A stretch of DNA of 54,716 nt, the filler included, from Catajapyx aquilonaris (lineage: Eukaryota), in assembly GCA_000934665.2 (NCBI GenBank). It is 2 parts of 2 records of this genome, joined end to end, with 100 filler letters (N's around TTAATTAATTAA, not from the genome) between each part and the next. Parts side by side here need not be neighbours in the genome. Positions count along the whole stretch, not along the records: positions 1 to 27,312 come from KZ539280.1; 1 more part is not named here. One strand, written 5' to 3'. This document shows, piece by piece, positions 12,585 to 25,300 of this stretch. Numbering within the stretch: position 1 is the stretch's first letter; every line of letters begins with the position of its first letter. The translations under genes and the position numbers were made by a program. The notes under the pieces were generated by a model. The model was not told where the DNA came from and ran no database searches. It saw only the letters and a program-made list of their open reading frames with translations.

Positions 12585-15500
12585 TGGGGGGAACGGGACT
12601 GGATTCAATCAGGGCTAGGCCCCCTCCACCCACCCACCCACCCACCCGCCTCTCCCCCTCCCCCCATTCAAATTACCTGGCCCTTTTCAACTGCTTGCTT
12701 CATGTTCCGTTTCTTCCGGTTCACTTTGCAGCTGCTGCCATAATCGTATATTGCAGCCGCTCCTTTTCCTCAAATACTAATTCAGAGAAAATCCCTCGCG
12801 CCGAGCCTTTCTACCTCTTCAGATAATCTCGCTAACGTCCTTGTTGCTCCTAGCTCCGGAGCTTTCCCATCAATACACTGCACTAACTTATAATTATAAG
12901 ACGGATGAGAAAGGATTTCCATATAAGCCATGCCAGGTATTTGTGAGCCACCCGGTATAGCAGGGATGAGTTTTACTCTTGGTTTTACCAAGAAGCAAGC
13001 CAGACTACATGAGGATCCCAATAAAGGGCAGGTCTCCTTAAGCTTGTTTGTCGGAGTGACAAGGGCGGGCGCAGGCTCTTTTTAATGAGTTTGATTCGCG
13101 CGCCGGCTTAGCATTAGGGCCTCGCGCGACACGACCGGGATCAACTCGACTCCACAGCAGCAGCTCCGGCGGCATCGCCCTAAACCAACCTATATACCAC
13201 TAGACCAAGGAGATATAGAGCTGGGAGCTAACTTAACGAGTGTCGTGTCTCTAACAAGCATCGTTTCGTCACTGATCTGGTGGAGTTGGTGGGTGTTGGA
13301 GTGTGGTCAGTGGAGCAAGGAATGATGAGCAGGAGGGTAATTGGGCGGAAAGAGTAGTCGGATGTAAGAATGGTAAGGATGGTAGGCTCCCTCTGGAGGC
13401 GCTTGCATAGCATTCGGCCCGCGGTTTTCCGGATCTGGATGCTGGCGCCTGATGTCTCTCCTCGCAGGCAATTTGCGGTGGATGGCACATCAACCAAGGC
13501 GCCACTTATTTCCATAGGGGGGCCATTCGACACTGCCAAAAAGTCTTCCTCTACCCCCTGTCCTCATTCCCTTTCTTAGACTGTTGCATCAAGCCATGCC
13601 CGCATTATGCACGCTGTTAGAACTGCATGCCATTCTCACATACCTTCTCTCAACCTCCGATGATATTTGGAGATTTTCTTTGCCCCCGGGAACTAAACGA
13701 GCCGTGCAGGGAAAATGACGACCACGACCCTTCCGCTAACAGCAATACGTACATATAACGCTGATGGTTTCCTAACAAGCAGACAAGCTTTGGGGCTCTA
13801 ACAAGCCTGACGAGATGGCATCATAAGGCCTTTGAAGCCAGACTGGCTTATGCGCCTCCTGTGTAAATTATAAAATGTCAGCACTATAGTCCCCGGTACG
13901 TCCTCGGTGTGAAGTAATCCATATATGGACCCTTATGGCTATCTCCTGTGTTCGCTTGTTTTTAATTGAGCTAACACTTGCTGTAGATCGGCCTTTCATA
14001 CACAACTGTGTAACGTGATAAAGGCATGTTGCAAAAAGCAAACTAGGTCGCTCCTTTTAGGCTGCTGTCTGAAAGTCTCTGTAATTAATTTTTAGTCACT
14101 TGTGGCCATGTTATGTCGTAAACTGTCGATCGGGTCATTAAAGAGAAGAAACGCTCATATTTGTTAGCTAATGTTACATTCAGCTTGAAATTTTAAAAAT
14201 CCAGCCCTGCAGTCCTGATGCATAAAAAGTGGCACTTCTGAAAGGATAACATTCTGAGCACGTTTCATTGAATGTAAAAATTCTTGTAATAATTTACTTG
14301 CTATTGCATATGGAAAGTAAAATAATGGTATTTTAAAGTTTTGCAACTGCAAAATATTAAAAATTAGCCATACACGTTCTGTCAAAAAAAAAAAAATATC
14401 CGCAATGTTCGTAAATTATAATCAACTGTATCGAAGACAAATTCCAGAAATGTGCAACTCCACTGGAATTACCCTCTAGCAATCTGATATACCATCCTGC
14501 TGAAAAGGCACCTCCGACGAAGATGAGACCATCCACCTAAGCTAGCCCGAACTCCTCCTCCCTTAAATGCGCAAAATTAGGCATCAAGCAGCAGTGAAGG
14601 CTGGTTGAAGTCAAGCTGAATGTGATTAGTCCTAGGTAGCAGCAGCAGGCAAGGGTGAGCAGGGTTAGACACAATTAAGAGTGGTTCGGTTGGGGGTCGG
14701 CCCATCCGCCGGTGCCGCCGAAGATGGATGGGATGGATGCCGCTCCCGCTGCTGCCTCTCTTGTGAACAGCGCAGATGAGGCTTAATTGAGCGGAAGGAA
14801 GCACCGTCAAAGAAATGGAACTGCTGCCATTCCCTTATTCCTATATATCTCCTGATGTCCCATCCGCCAGCACGTACCGGGAATGGAATGATTCCTAACT
14901 GGCACCGCTTCGATCCCGTGCGCTGAGTCGAAACTGTGGCAGGGATGGGCTACCTGATGCAAGGAATATATAAGACCTAAACTGAGAGAGAAATAGGGAA
15001 TGAAGGAAGGAGGGAGGGAAAAGGGCATTATCCCTGCTGGGAGGCATCACGGCACAATCTAATGTATAGTTTGTGGAAAGGGGGGGGATACCAGATAGAG
15101 CAAGAGGGACGGCATTCAATTCACCAAATTCATCGGAGCATTCGCGGAGGGATTTGCCTAAACGCGGCCTCATTTCGCCCACCAAATTCGATATCGGCCG
15201 TAATCTTGATTCCGACCGACAGGGAAATCGCCAATTTGTCTTTGGCCAATTTCCTATATGCCATGCAGCAGCTCCGTCAGCCTGTCCTCCATGAAACCAA
15301 CAGCCATGTAAATTGATCGGAGAAGCGATGCTGGCCTGAACGGAATATGGAGTACCAACGAACAGCTATAACCGCAGATATACAGTATAGCATGTAGATT
15401 GATGAAAAGGGGAAAGAGCCACTTGTTCTTGGTTGGTGCTTGATGAGTATGATGATCGTTGGCAGGAACTAATGAATGAATGATTGATAAAACTTAGTCC

Positions 15501-18500
15501 CAGTCACCGACAGCACCTCAGTTCCGGGAGCGTTTCCAGCGAGTAAGATCAAACTGAATCTCATACAAAAGGCGTCCTGATCGGAAGTACTGGCATAATT
15601 ACATGAAAAGGCGATTATTATCGTTGGGATCCAAATTGCCGTATTGAGGATCAAATATAGCGCTTGGTAGGAAAGGTCGAATTAACTTGTAAGTTGTGGT
15701 CTAAATTTTGCAGCAAATGAGTGGAAGGAAATGGCATTTTCAAAAACAGTGGTTCATCAGCGTATAAGTTACAGTTTATATCAATTATCTCATTGCCTTG
15801 GGTGTTCGCCATTATCCAATACCAGTAGTTGAATATGTTGAACTAATTGAAACTGCAGTCAGAAAATATCAAGACCTACCGCGCCTTCCAGAAATGCTAT
15901 CACATTCGTATCAGTACTTTTTTTAAATTCGCCGACTCACGTTTCTAGTTATAGCTTCTATCACCTCATTCAATCGTGAAGTGAAATTACATACATCGAT
16001 GAAACACCCATTTAATATATAGAGTCTGCCGAAGCTAAGTTTGCGCGACTTTCTGGGTTTTTCCATGCCTCCTTTCCAGACACCATCACATGAAGTGGGG
16101 TTCAAAAACCTAGAAATCGGCGCAAACTTATTATCTTGGGCCTACTCCATGATTCCCAACAAAACTTGAAGTTGAGTTCACAGCAGGAATAAGGGTCCGC
16201 AAAATCTACCCGCCATTCAAATGTGAGCTCAGTTCTGACACATACAGTGCAGCCTTAAGCGTTTCTGGTTACATCAACAAAACCTACATGTAGCCTACAT
16301 TATGTGTTTCCAAGCGTAAACAAAATTTATCAACAAAATACTCACAAGTGTATGTCACTCGGCAAAAAAATATTTTCAAAGTAATTTAGGCTTAATTGGT
16401 TTGTTTATTCCATATGATTTATAAGAAAGCTTAGTCTTATAAGACGACTGGCGTAAAATAATGTCTGAGTGTGTCAGGCGCAGTGTCATTTAACGCCAGA
16501 ACAACAAAAAAGCCAGTGTTTATTGTAAAGTACCCACATTTCATTATTACATTACACATTTTGTTGTAATATCGAATATAGTTGAGTTTTTTCTTAATCA
16601 GTTTCGAAATAGAGAAACTGGCACCAATAATTTCAAAGCAGTTGATATTAATTTGAAACCAGTTCACATTCCAAGTATTTCTACTCAGGTTTACCACAAA
16701 AGAAGTTCGGAGAGATGATGACAAGAGACCCTGCGGGCACAAACAAGCAATGTAGCAGAACAGCTGTGGCGCCAAATTGTCCTGAGTCACTTGGAATCCC
16801 CGCGTTTCCCGCGCAAATTCCCTGGCCGCCCTGCTGGTCAATTGCCACTGACCAAGTCGAGTAACGCACCCGGTATGACGAATCTTCAGACTGTAGTGAT
16901 GCATGCGGATGGAAAACCTCAGGAAGGTGGATGGACCGCATCCAAGCAGTCAGCGGTCATCGCGGTCACCATTAGCTTTGGATTCGCACTTGGAAGCTTA
17001 CCCGCATCAAATAATGCTGCCTGCCTTGCATCAAGCCCCTTTTCCCATGTTTATACGTCTCTAGCAACATTTCTTAAGAGGTAAAACCGTGAGAAACCAA
17101 GACTTGCCGGACAGCACTTCCTGTTCTGCAATCATTGCTGATTCATTCGCTGATGCAAATCCCCACCGTCCATTACCGCGGATGACTTGGGGTCAGCCCT
17201 GCCACACTCATCAGCCGCATGTGTCTCTTCGTCTATGGTCATTTGAATACGAAAGAGGCGACTCTCGGTGGCTCCTCAAGGCGGGGCTAGAAGCAGTGTA
17301 GGGTGTCGAAGAAACACTGCTCCAGATTCATTATGCATGAGTCTGTACGTCGGATATATCTGGCGTTTACACTTGTATTCTACATGACGTCAAATGAAAG
17401 TACGCCGTGGATTTTCTATTCATTATTGTCATGAATATTACGGCTGTACTTCTGTATCAGGAGTTTAGGACATGACGTTATAGCTCATCGGGACCTTGAT
17501 AAAGGGTGACCCCGGTCACTGTCCCGTGTATGTCGAGGCCTACATGGTACGGAAGGCGTAACGGTAGAAAGAAAACAAAATGTTAGGTGGGACCCCTCGT
17601 GGGAACAGAAATATTGCGCAGTATAAAGTCAACGAAAGAATAGGACGTGAGGTTGAGGGTTGCCACTAACACTATCAATCTGAGGTCCAAACAGAGCCGT
17701 TGGAGGAGGAGGCAGAGCGAATAACAAATGAATGAATGCTTATTAGAAGTGCAAGCCAGCAGCCTATACGTGTATAAAAAAGAGGGTGAAGATCACGAGG
17801 CGGCAGCAGCTACACACTCGTGTTATTTATTTATACGCCTGCCGTCCCTCCCATCGCCTCCAAAAATAATAACAAACCTTCCAGGACGCCTAATATGTTA
17901 TTGTAACGCCTCTACAAAATAATATGTTAGCCTGTGGTTTATGTCAGGTGAAGGAACGTTGGGGGTACCATGATTCGTCACGGGATTTATTGGTACAGGT
18001 CCTGCTGGTATTACTCAGAGCTGCAAGTATGGAGTCGATGGAGAGAGATATTACGTGCTTTGCCACTGCTTATCATATTAGTGTCAAACCGGAGATGAAG
18101 GCCTAAGATCCAAGTAGTTAAGTGGAGCGGGGTGAAAACGTATAAGGTATCTATAGCGTGTACCGTGTATTACGACAGTTGGCTGCCAGAATTTACGTTA
18201 CAATAGGTTGCAATATAACGAGTACGTGCTCCGGAGTACAAATTGCAATTTTACAGCACGATATCAATATATTTGTCATGAATGATTTGACAGGATGATA
18301 TTAGCAAATGGAGACAATCGACTTTTCTTGGACTTATTAGCCTATCCTCATTACTGCGAATGATTTTTTAAGCACTTAGCACGAGGTGCGTATAATCATG
18401 TCGTTAGAGCTAACCAAAATCTTGACGCTGAGTTATTATTTTTATTTCGCAACTTTTGATCTTCCTTGCACGGCATCGGTGTTTTGTATATATCTCTAAG

Positions 18501-20061
18501 TCACGTTCAGCTTACTTATGGCGGTATTCCTGCCTTTTCATTGCTTTCCTCATCCTGAGGTTGCTGTGACGGTTACGTCATCATTTTAAAAATTCTGAAG
18601 ACGGTTAGTGACATTTTGTATGAAGTTGGCGAATGATGATGGCATGTATAACACTGTTTATCCATATGTCAGTACGGTATATCCAAGGTAGGCCTATGTC
18701 ATTTCTTCAGTTAAATGTAGAGCTTAGCATATATGTGAAGCATTGCAAGGGTATTTCACAACTGACGTCCACGTGGGTCATATATTAATATTCTGAATAA
18801 ACCTGACTGTGAGTAATAAATTTGGTAAAATTGAACGTAATTGAAATTTATGATCACAGTATACGAGAAATAAGCTAAATTTTATTTAGCCAATTAAGTT
18901 ATCAGTGAAAGGTCTGCATAATTATTATATTGACCTCACTTAATGCCAATACTATAAATACTTAGAGGGCCGTTAATATATTCTCCTATAATGAGTTTTT
19001 GCTCTTTTTCGAGTTGTATTATGATCATCAGCATTTGATCGAGTAGGCTACAGTATATAATTTACTTTGAATACCACTATAATCAAGATCTTACAAGCTT
19101 TTCTGTCGCGTGGAGAACAGAATATTGACAGCCTATATAGGCACATATTAATTTTCAGTTTGTATCAATTTATATTCTATTTAGTATGCACCCAAATTAA
19201 AAGGGCATATGAGCTTGCGCCTCTGATGGCAGTACAATTAAACTTTACCGCAATTAGATATTGCATTTGGAAACATTATTATAGTAGCGTATTATGGTAT
19301 TACAGAATTATATAGTAATGACGATAGCATGATATATGGAGTATAGCCTGTATAGAGTGCTCTAAACGTACGCCTGTACAATACACGCTTTCCGCAACAT
19401 AGCATGTTGTTTTGTATTGTGTTGTATATTCATTTTTGGATTTGAATTTAAAACGTTGAAAAAGGTAGATAATTTTTTTAACCACTTAAAATTTAGTATA
19501 ATATACGATCACGCCGTCAAAGCGGTCTGGAGATAAAATACCAAGTATCCCCACCTACAGCGACCAAAAAATCATAGGATTACGAAAATAACCCCATTAT
19601 GCTCATTTGTATCGTCGAATAATACGCACGGCATGTCCACTTCTCTCAGTTTGGCCGTAGTCCTACTAGGTCAGACAGCAGACTCTCCATGTATGTATGC
19701 AGTATGCATTTCGGATAAACTCATAGCAAAATAATGAATATATTCCATCAGGTTTCTAAAAAAAAAAAGGTCCTAAAAATTGTGAAATCCTACAGTTTAT
19801 AAATACCCAACAATATAAGCAAATTCAGGCGATATTAAACTCTGGCTATAATATAATTTTTGAATCGCCATAATACCCGTACCGGATTCTAGTTCCATAA
19901 CAGAAACTGGGCGCAAACCAGCCCTTTGCGCTACCTCTCTATAATAATGCGTGCGTAGTGAAACGTAACAATCCATCCAGTGGAGCTGTGCACTTATGTG
20001 AGAAAAAGAGTAATGGCGTTGAGCGAGTTGAGTGGCGGTGTGATGATTCATTTGGCGGGTT

Positions 20062-20116
20062 GGGTCGGTTGGTTGGTGGGTCGGCTGGTTTGGTTGGTTG
20101 GTTGGTTGGTTGGTTG
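20062..20116. repeat. (GGTT)n microsatellite
   Basis: Imperfect ggtt/ggtc tetramer run. Confidence 0.9.
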
Positions 20117-20856
20117 TGTGAGGATCAGGATGCGGCCGAAATGAGCTTTGGGGCCGATCATCTTGGGATGACTTCCTGCCGCCAAACGCCCTTCGTTTCC
20201 TGTCCCGTTTGCTGCTGCATGCCAACCAGCCACCAGGGGGCAGCTTCAGACTATATATACATAACATAAGCACACAGGAGCATTTTGCACTCAGTCACTT
20301 CCGATGCCGGTGTGGCTATAGTGTGGCCCAACACTGTTGACGATACTTAACCCCACTCAACCACGTATTCACAACTGTCAAGCTCAGGTCACACTATATG
20401 GAGAACTTAAAGCTGCCATCGCAACAATAGCAAGGGTGCATTATTTCATTTTATAAGTGGCGGCTTGTATAAGGCAAGAGCCATCCTCATTATTTTGTTG
20501 TGAATTATTGTTGTGGTCGGGGTTCATATTTCATAATTCGCTCGACTTCTTTCGGCTCACCCGGTATATTCGCATGGAGAGGGAAGGCCGTTTGTGTAGG
20601 CTGCATAAATATTTTTAAAAATTGTCTCAGGTAAATATTTTAAAAATTCGGCATGATACAGTAGGAAGAATAATATTTTACCGTTTGTTCTTAATTCGCC
20701 AGTGATCCGTGTTCACAATCGGCAGGAACTATTTTGTCTATTACATTTGAGGGGTTCGAGATTTTTAAAAACGGCTGTCCATTGGGGGGGGGGGGGNGGG
20801 GGTGTGACACAAATACGTGCATAAATTTGGTATTTTAATGTCATTTGCTATTAGAT

Positions 20857-20980
20857 GCACATTTACATATGTAGCTGAGCTATGGCAACCTACGTAGACG
20901 TAAAAGGTTTCACGATTGTACCGGTACCAGTTAAAGTTAAGTAATCATCAGTTTTTCCTCATTTTACGACCAGTTTTTCG
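20857..20980 (+). repeat. Dispersed repeat fragment (second copy ~52813-52932)
   Basis: gcacatttacatatgtagctgagctatggcaacc...gacgtaaaa...gtaccagt...aatcatcagtttttcctcatt aligns by eye with gcacatttgtatatgtagctgaacttcggcaac...gacgtaaaa...gtaccagt...aatcatcagtttttgctcatt. Confidence 0.75.
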
Positions 20981-21009
20981 AAGTGTACTTTTTGAAGCCG
21001 TTTTTGATA

Positions 21010-21211
21010 AAGCCGTGTTTACGTACATGTGAGCGATTTGACGAGCGAAGTCTTCGCTGAGCGATAACAACGCTGAGTAACCAATATTGTTTGAGGTGAA
21101 AGTAACAATCCATTTTCGCCTCAAACAATACTGGTTACTCGGGTTACTCAGCGATGTTATCGCTCGGCGAAGAATTCGCTCGTCAAATCGCTCACATGTA
21201 AACGGCGGCTT
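21010..21211. mobile_element. Palindromic MITE (~200 bp foldback, possibly PIF/Harbinger-like)
   Basis: acatgtgagcgatttgacgagcgaagtcttcgctgagcgataacaacgctgagtaacc...ggttactcagcgatgttatcgctcggcgaagaattcgctcgtcaaatcgctcacatgt: about 85 bp arms with few mismatches around a short loop. Confidence 0.8.
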
Positions 21212-23267
21212 CAGACCCCTCCCATTTGTGCACCTATATAGCCTACAGCAGAATATCTTTCAGGCCTTCTGCAACGGTGCCATAAATAACGACTTGTTAT
21301 ATGTAAAGAACCGGTGGTAACTAATAGAGTGACATTTTGATATTACAACTTACGATGAACCGGAAAAAAAACTTACTTAAAAATTCAACCTAACCTAAAA
21401 GAGGCTGCCGGAGGTGCTTCATGTATAATGTACGTTAGATGTCTGGCTCTGACGGAGGTCATATTACACAGTGTCCTGGACCGGAACCGAATATACGGAT
21501 CAAGCCCGAGTTTATTTTCCGATCATACCACGCCTCAATCAAATCGCCAAAAGCATGTCATAAATAATATTCCCACAATATGATGAAAAGGTAAAACCAG
21601 GTATTATTACAAAATAACAGCCCGATTTACTTGAACAGCTTGATTGCGTAGTGCACGAGCAGCGAATAGCTGGACGAAATCTCATCCAAAATGCTTTCTG
21701 GAGGGCTTGTGCATATAATCTCCGGTTCATTTACATGGGCAATTAGTGCCTGCAGGCGCTCTTTCGTGCTTCTCCTATATTCCCGTCTCAACCTGCCTAC
21801 GGTTTACACTCGTATAGACTACACGCGCGCATAAAGCAAAGTCAACGGGGCACAAATCATGCTAACGGCCAATTCATTATTTTATAGCATCACTTTTACC
21901 CACGCACAACCGCAAAAGTACATGTGCGAGACTAATTGACAAATGGGCTCATACAACAACAAAAAATGCACTGAAATCAATTCGCACAATATTATCAAGT
22001 CTGTCTTCATTTATGCTGTCACTTAAATGTAGGGTTTTAGACTTTAGCCTCTGAGTGTAACCGGATTTTGGAAAGGCATGCTAAAATTTATAGGCCTTGC
22101 GGGCCTCAATTGCCCTTAGGTGACTGTGTCTTTATAAGAGGGTAAATTTCTGGTTTGGAAAAGCGATTAATAATCCGCTACCATTAGAATTTAGATTAAG
22201 ACTATCGTGTTTAACGGACAGCATATAAAAATCGTTGTTCATGAGCTTATGCAAAATAGCCATTTTTAATTTCTCATTTTGCGAGCAAAATTCTCAATCC
22301 AAATGATTCAGAATATAATCGAGGTTCTGAAGAAGTTTTGGTAGCAAATTCATATTTATGCCGATATTACCTGTTATATTAATACACTAAGTTTTAATAA
22401 CGCATGATGTATTCAACGCACTCGTATATATGTAGAAAATTTATTTTCTGTTGAACATTCTGGCGATAAGGAAACCATACTGAAGTATCAGAAGAAAAGT
22501 AAGGAAAGAATCCAACTAGTACTTATGTACCGGTATATTTAGCACCCATGAGAAGTCTGCACATTTCATAAATATATGCAAGTGTTGACTACAGTTATTT
22601 GGCAGGCTGTAAATGCATGTTAGCTGGTTATCATCACACTGAGAATACGTGAACAAATAGCAGAAATTGTATGGATCTATTTCTAAATACAGCAGGTGGG
22701 GCTTCTTAGCTCTAAAAATTCAATAAAATATACATTTCGTTACTTCTTGGAACTATACTGAACAGTACATTTGAATTTTTCGCCACGCGGGATAATGCAA
22801 CATAGCTCCTCGGTCACACCAAACTACGTTGGGGTTTACCTTGACAAGCACTGGAATATTCCTGATTTGATGAATTCCGGATATTAATTTCATATGGGTC
22901 TTCAACCATATCTCCAATAATTATTGCCGTAATAATCATTATTCATGGTCCACAAATAGTTAGTAAAGTAACTTCACTAGCAGAATATTAATTGTGTATT
23001 TTAGCGTTGCATTGTTTTAAAAATAATTGACAGTAGCACATTGTTTTATTCGCTGTACTAATTGCAAAAAAATTGCTGAAGGTTTTATTTTCAATGCACA
23101 CTGAACCATGCAGAGTATTGATGACAATTTATTGCCAATACGTATTTCACTGTTAGACCATACATACTGCACATAGGAAGGTAAAAAGGTGCGGCATAAT
23201 AATCCAAATCATAATTATAATCGAACCAGATTGTTTGACAGAATAGTGCTGATATGGGATAACTTAC

Positions 23268-24070
23268 CGGTTTTTGGCTGCGGCAGCTCGGTCCCGCTGT
23301 CGTCGATTCTTGAACCAGTTTCCGACTTGCGTGGGTGTTAGTCCGGTAGCCTGGGCCAGTTCTCTCTTCTTGGTCGGGTTGGGGTATGGGTCTTGCAAGT
23401 ACCACTCGCGCAGGAGGCTTCGGGTTCTCTCCTTGAAGCAGTGTGTCTTTTGCTCGCCGTCCCAGATGGTCCGCGGCAAGGGGAACTTCTTCCGGACGCG
23501 GTACTTGTCCACCGGGCCCAGGGGCCGCCCGCGGAGTTTCTCCGCCTCTTGATAGTGAGCTTCTAGCCACATGGCCTGCAGCTTGGCGTGCGATTCTTTG
23601 CCGAACTTGTGGTTCTCCAGGATGTGGTAGAGCTCCCGGAAGTTTCCGGAATGGAATGCGACCATGGAGCGTGCCCTCAGGACTGCCTCGCTTTTGTTCA
23701 ACTCGCCAATATTGGGATGGGCCACGGGCAAAGACCAGAGGAAACGGGCTAGCCGCTCGATGTCCCCGCTTTCTTCCAGTGTCTCGCATACAGCAGCTAC
23801 CTGCCCTACCGTGAAGTTGAGCGTCGGAAGGGCAAAAACCGGGCTTGGGACGGCAACTCCACCAGCTCCACCACCGCCGCCACCTCCGGATCCGGCCCCG
23901 GGACCGCCTCCGCCGCCTGCTCCACCGCCGCCGAGCCCTGCTGCTGCGGCTTGTGCTGCTGCTGCGGCCGCTGCGGCTGCGGCTGCCCCATGCGGCAACA
24001 TGCCTCCCATGATTGCAGCAGAGGCGGCCAGGCCCCCCATGGCGCCCAGGCCGCCCAGACCAAGGGCCAT
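23268..24070 (-). CDS. Six3/Optix: Six3/6 (Optix) homeobox transcription factor, exon 1 from the first AUG (possible upstream extension to 24838)
   Basis: SIX domain ([37 protein letters not shown]...) plus a homeodomain with the Six3/6-diagnostic QKTH tetrapeptide ([30 protein letters not shown]...[17 protein letters not shown]). Donor CG|GTAAGT at 23267. First in-frame ATG at 24070 ([13 protein letters not shown]). Confidence 0.97.
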
Positions 24071-25189
24071 CACCGCCAGACCTGCTTCAGTGTGGGGGTG
24101 CTGCTGAGAATGGTGGTGGTGGTGATTCGGGTGGTGCGGGCCAGTGGTGCTGTTGTGGTGTTGCTGCTGCTGTTGCAGTTGGTGGTGGTTCAGGTGGTGG
24201 TTTAGATGATTGTGAGGGTGATGTGGGTGGTGGTGGTGGTGGGCTGCTGCTGCGGCGGCCGCTGCGGCGACTGCCCCCAGACCTCCTAGCCCTCCTCCAG
24301 CAGCGGCTGCGGTGGCTGCAGCGGCGGCGGCTCCACCGGCCCACCACCACTCCCACTCGGCAGATGAGGACGGGGCCGCCGGTGTCCCTCTGTTGCTACC
24401 GATGCCCTTCAGCCTAATCTCCTTCCTGGCAGCCTCCTCCCCAGAAGGAGCTTCCCCACCTGCTACCTTCTCTGCAGCCGCACCACCTTCCTCCGCTTCA
24501 ATCACCGTTCTGGCTTCTAATTCTTCCGCCTGCTGTAAGTCGTTCTCGTCGTCCACTACGTCCACGTCCTCGTCTTCCGACACCGCTGCCGCTGCTGCCG
24601 CCGCCGCCGCGACGAAACCGCCCCTTCTCTTCCGCAGACGTGTCTTGTTGCTAATCAATGTCGTGGCACCCCAGCAGCGACCTGGTCCTTCCACCCTTCC
24701 GGTAATCTTTGGACGCCCGACCTCCACCCCAAGCACGGTCAGCACCCCCACTGTTGCTGCCGTCGCTGTATTCACTCTCACGCAAACAGAACCGGTACCC
24801 GCACGACAATCACCACCGTCCCTCTCCGTCTCCTTCCGTCAATGCCGTCACGACGTCTGCCATCTGAATACGCTGTCTGTGCAATGGAGAAACGGAACGG
24901 GCAAAAGTGCAGTACCGGTGTATCGTCCGGAGAAGCGATGCTGCGCTACCGACGATGAGGACGTCCCCCCGTCTTGTGTTGTGATGTTGTGTTGCCAACC
25001 ATCCACAGCAGAGGGCCGAAGGATGGGCTGTGGGGGTGTTGAGAGGGGGGGGGGGCAGGGAGTAGGAGGATGGCTATTAGCGGCGCGCAGTCTAAATGGA
25101 TGGGAGGAGTCTTATGGCGGGATAGGTGTCCGGGGCTTAGGCAGACACCGAGTGTCGGTGGCGCCCTAATCAAGGCTATCAGGCGAGCC

Positions 25190-25300
25190 ATTTGCCGGCC
25201 GGACGGAGCTCCTCATTGGTCCTACATCCAGAGCCCGCCAACCCGTCGCCATGGCAACCGCGTCAATCAAACCAAAGGCTGCCAATCAACGACGCCGACA
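25190..25300 (-). promoter_or_regulatory. Probable Six3 proximal promoter (CCAAT boxes, RFX X-box)
   Basis: GC-rich island with ATTGG (~25215), CCAAT (~25282) and palindromic GTCGCCATGGCAAC (25245-25258) just upstream of the Six3 leader. Confidence 0.5.

Noticed and set aside
11919..12826. ORFs spanning the N gap (likewise 53211-53726)
   Set aside because: Open only because of undetermined bases.
23274..25169. Plus-strand ORFs overlapping Six3 (e.g. 24312-25169, 285 aa)
   Set aside because: Antisense shadows of GC-rich, low-complexity coding sequence.
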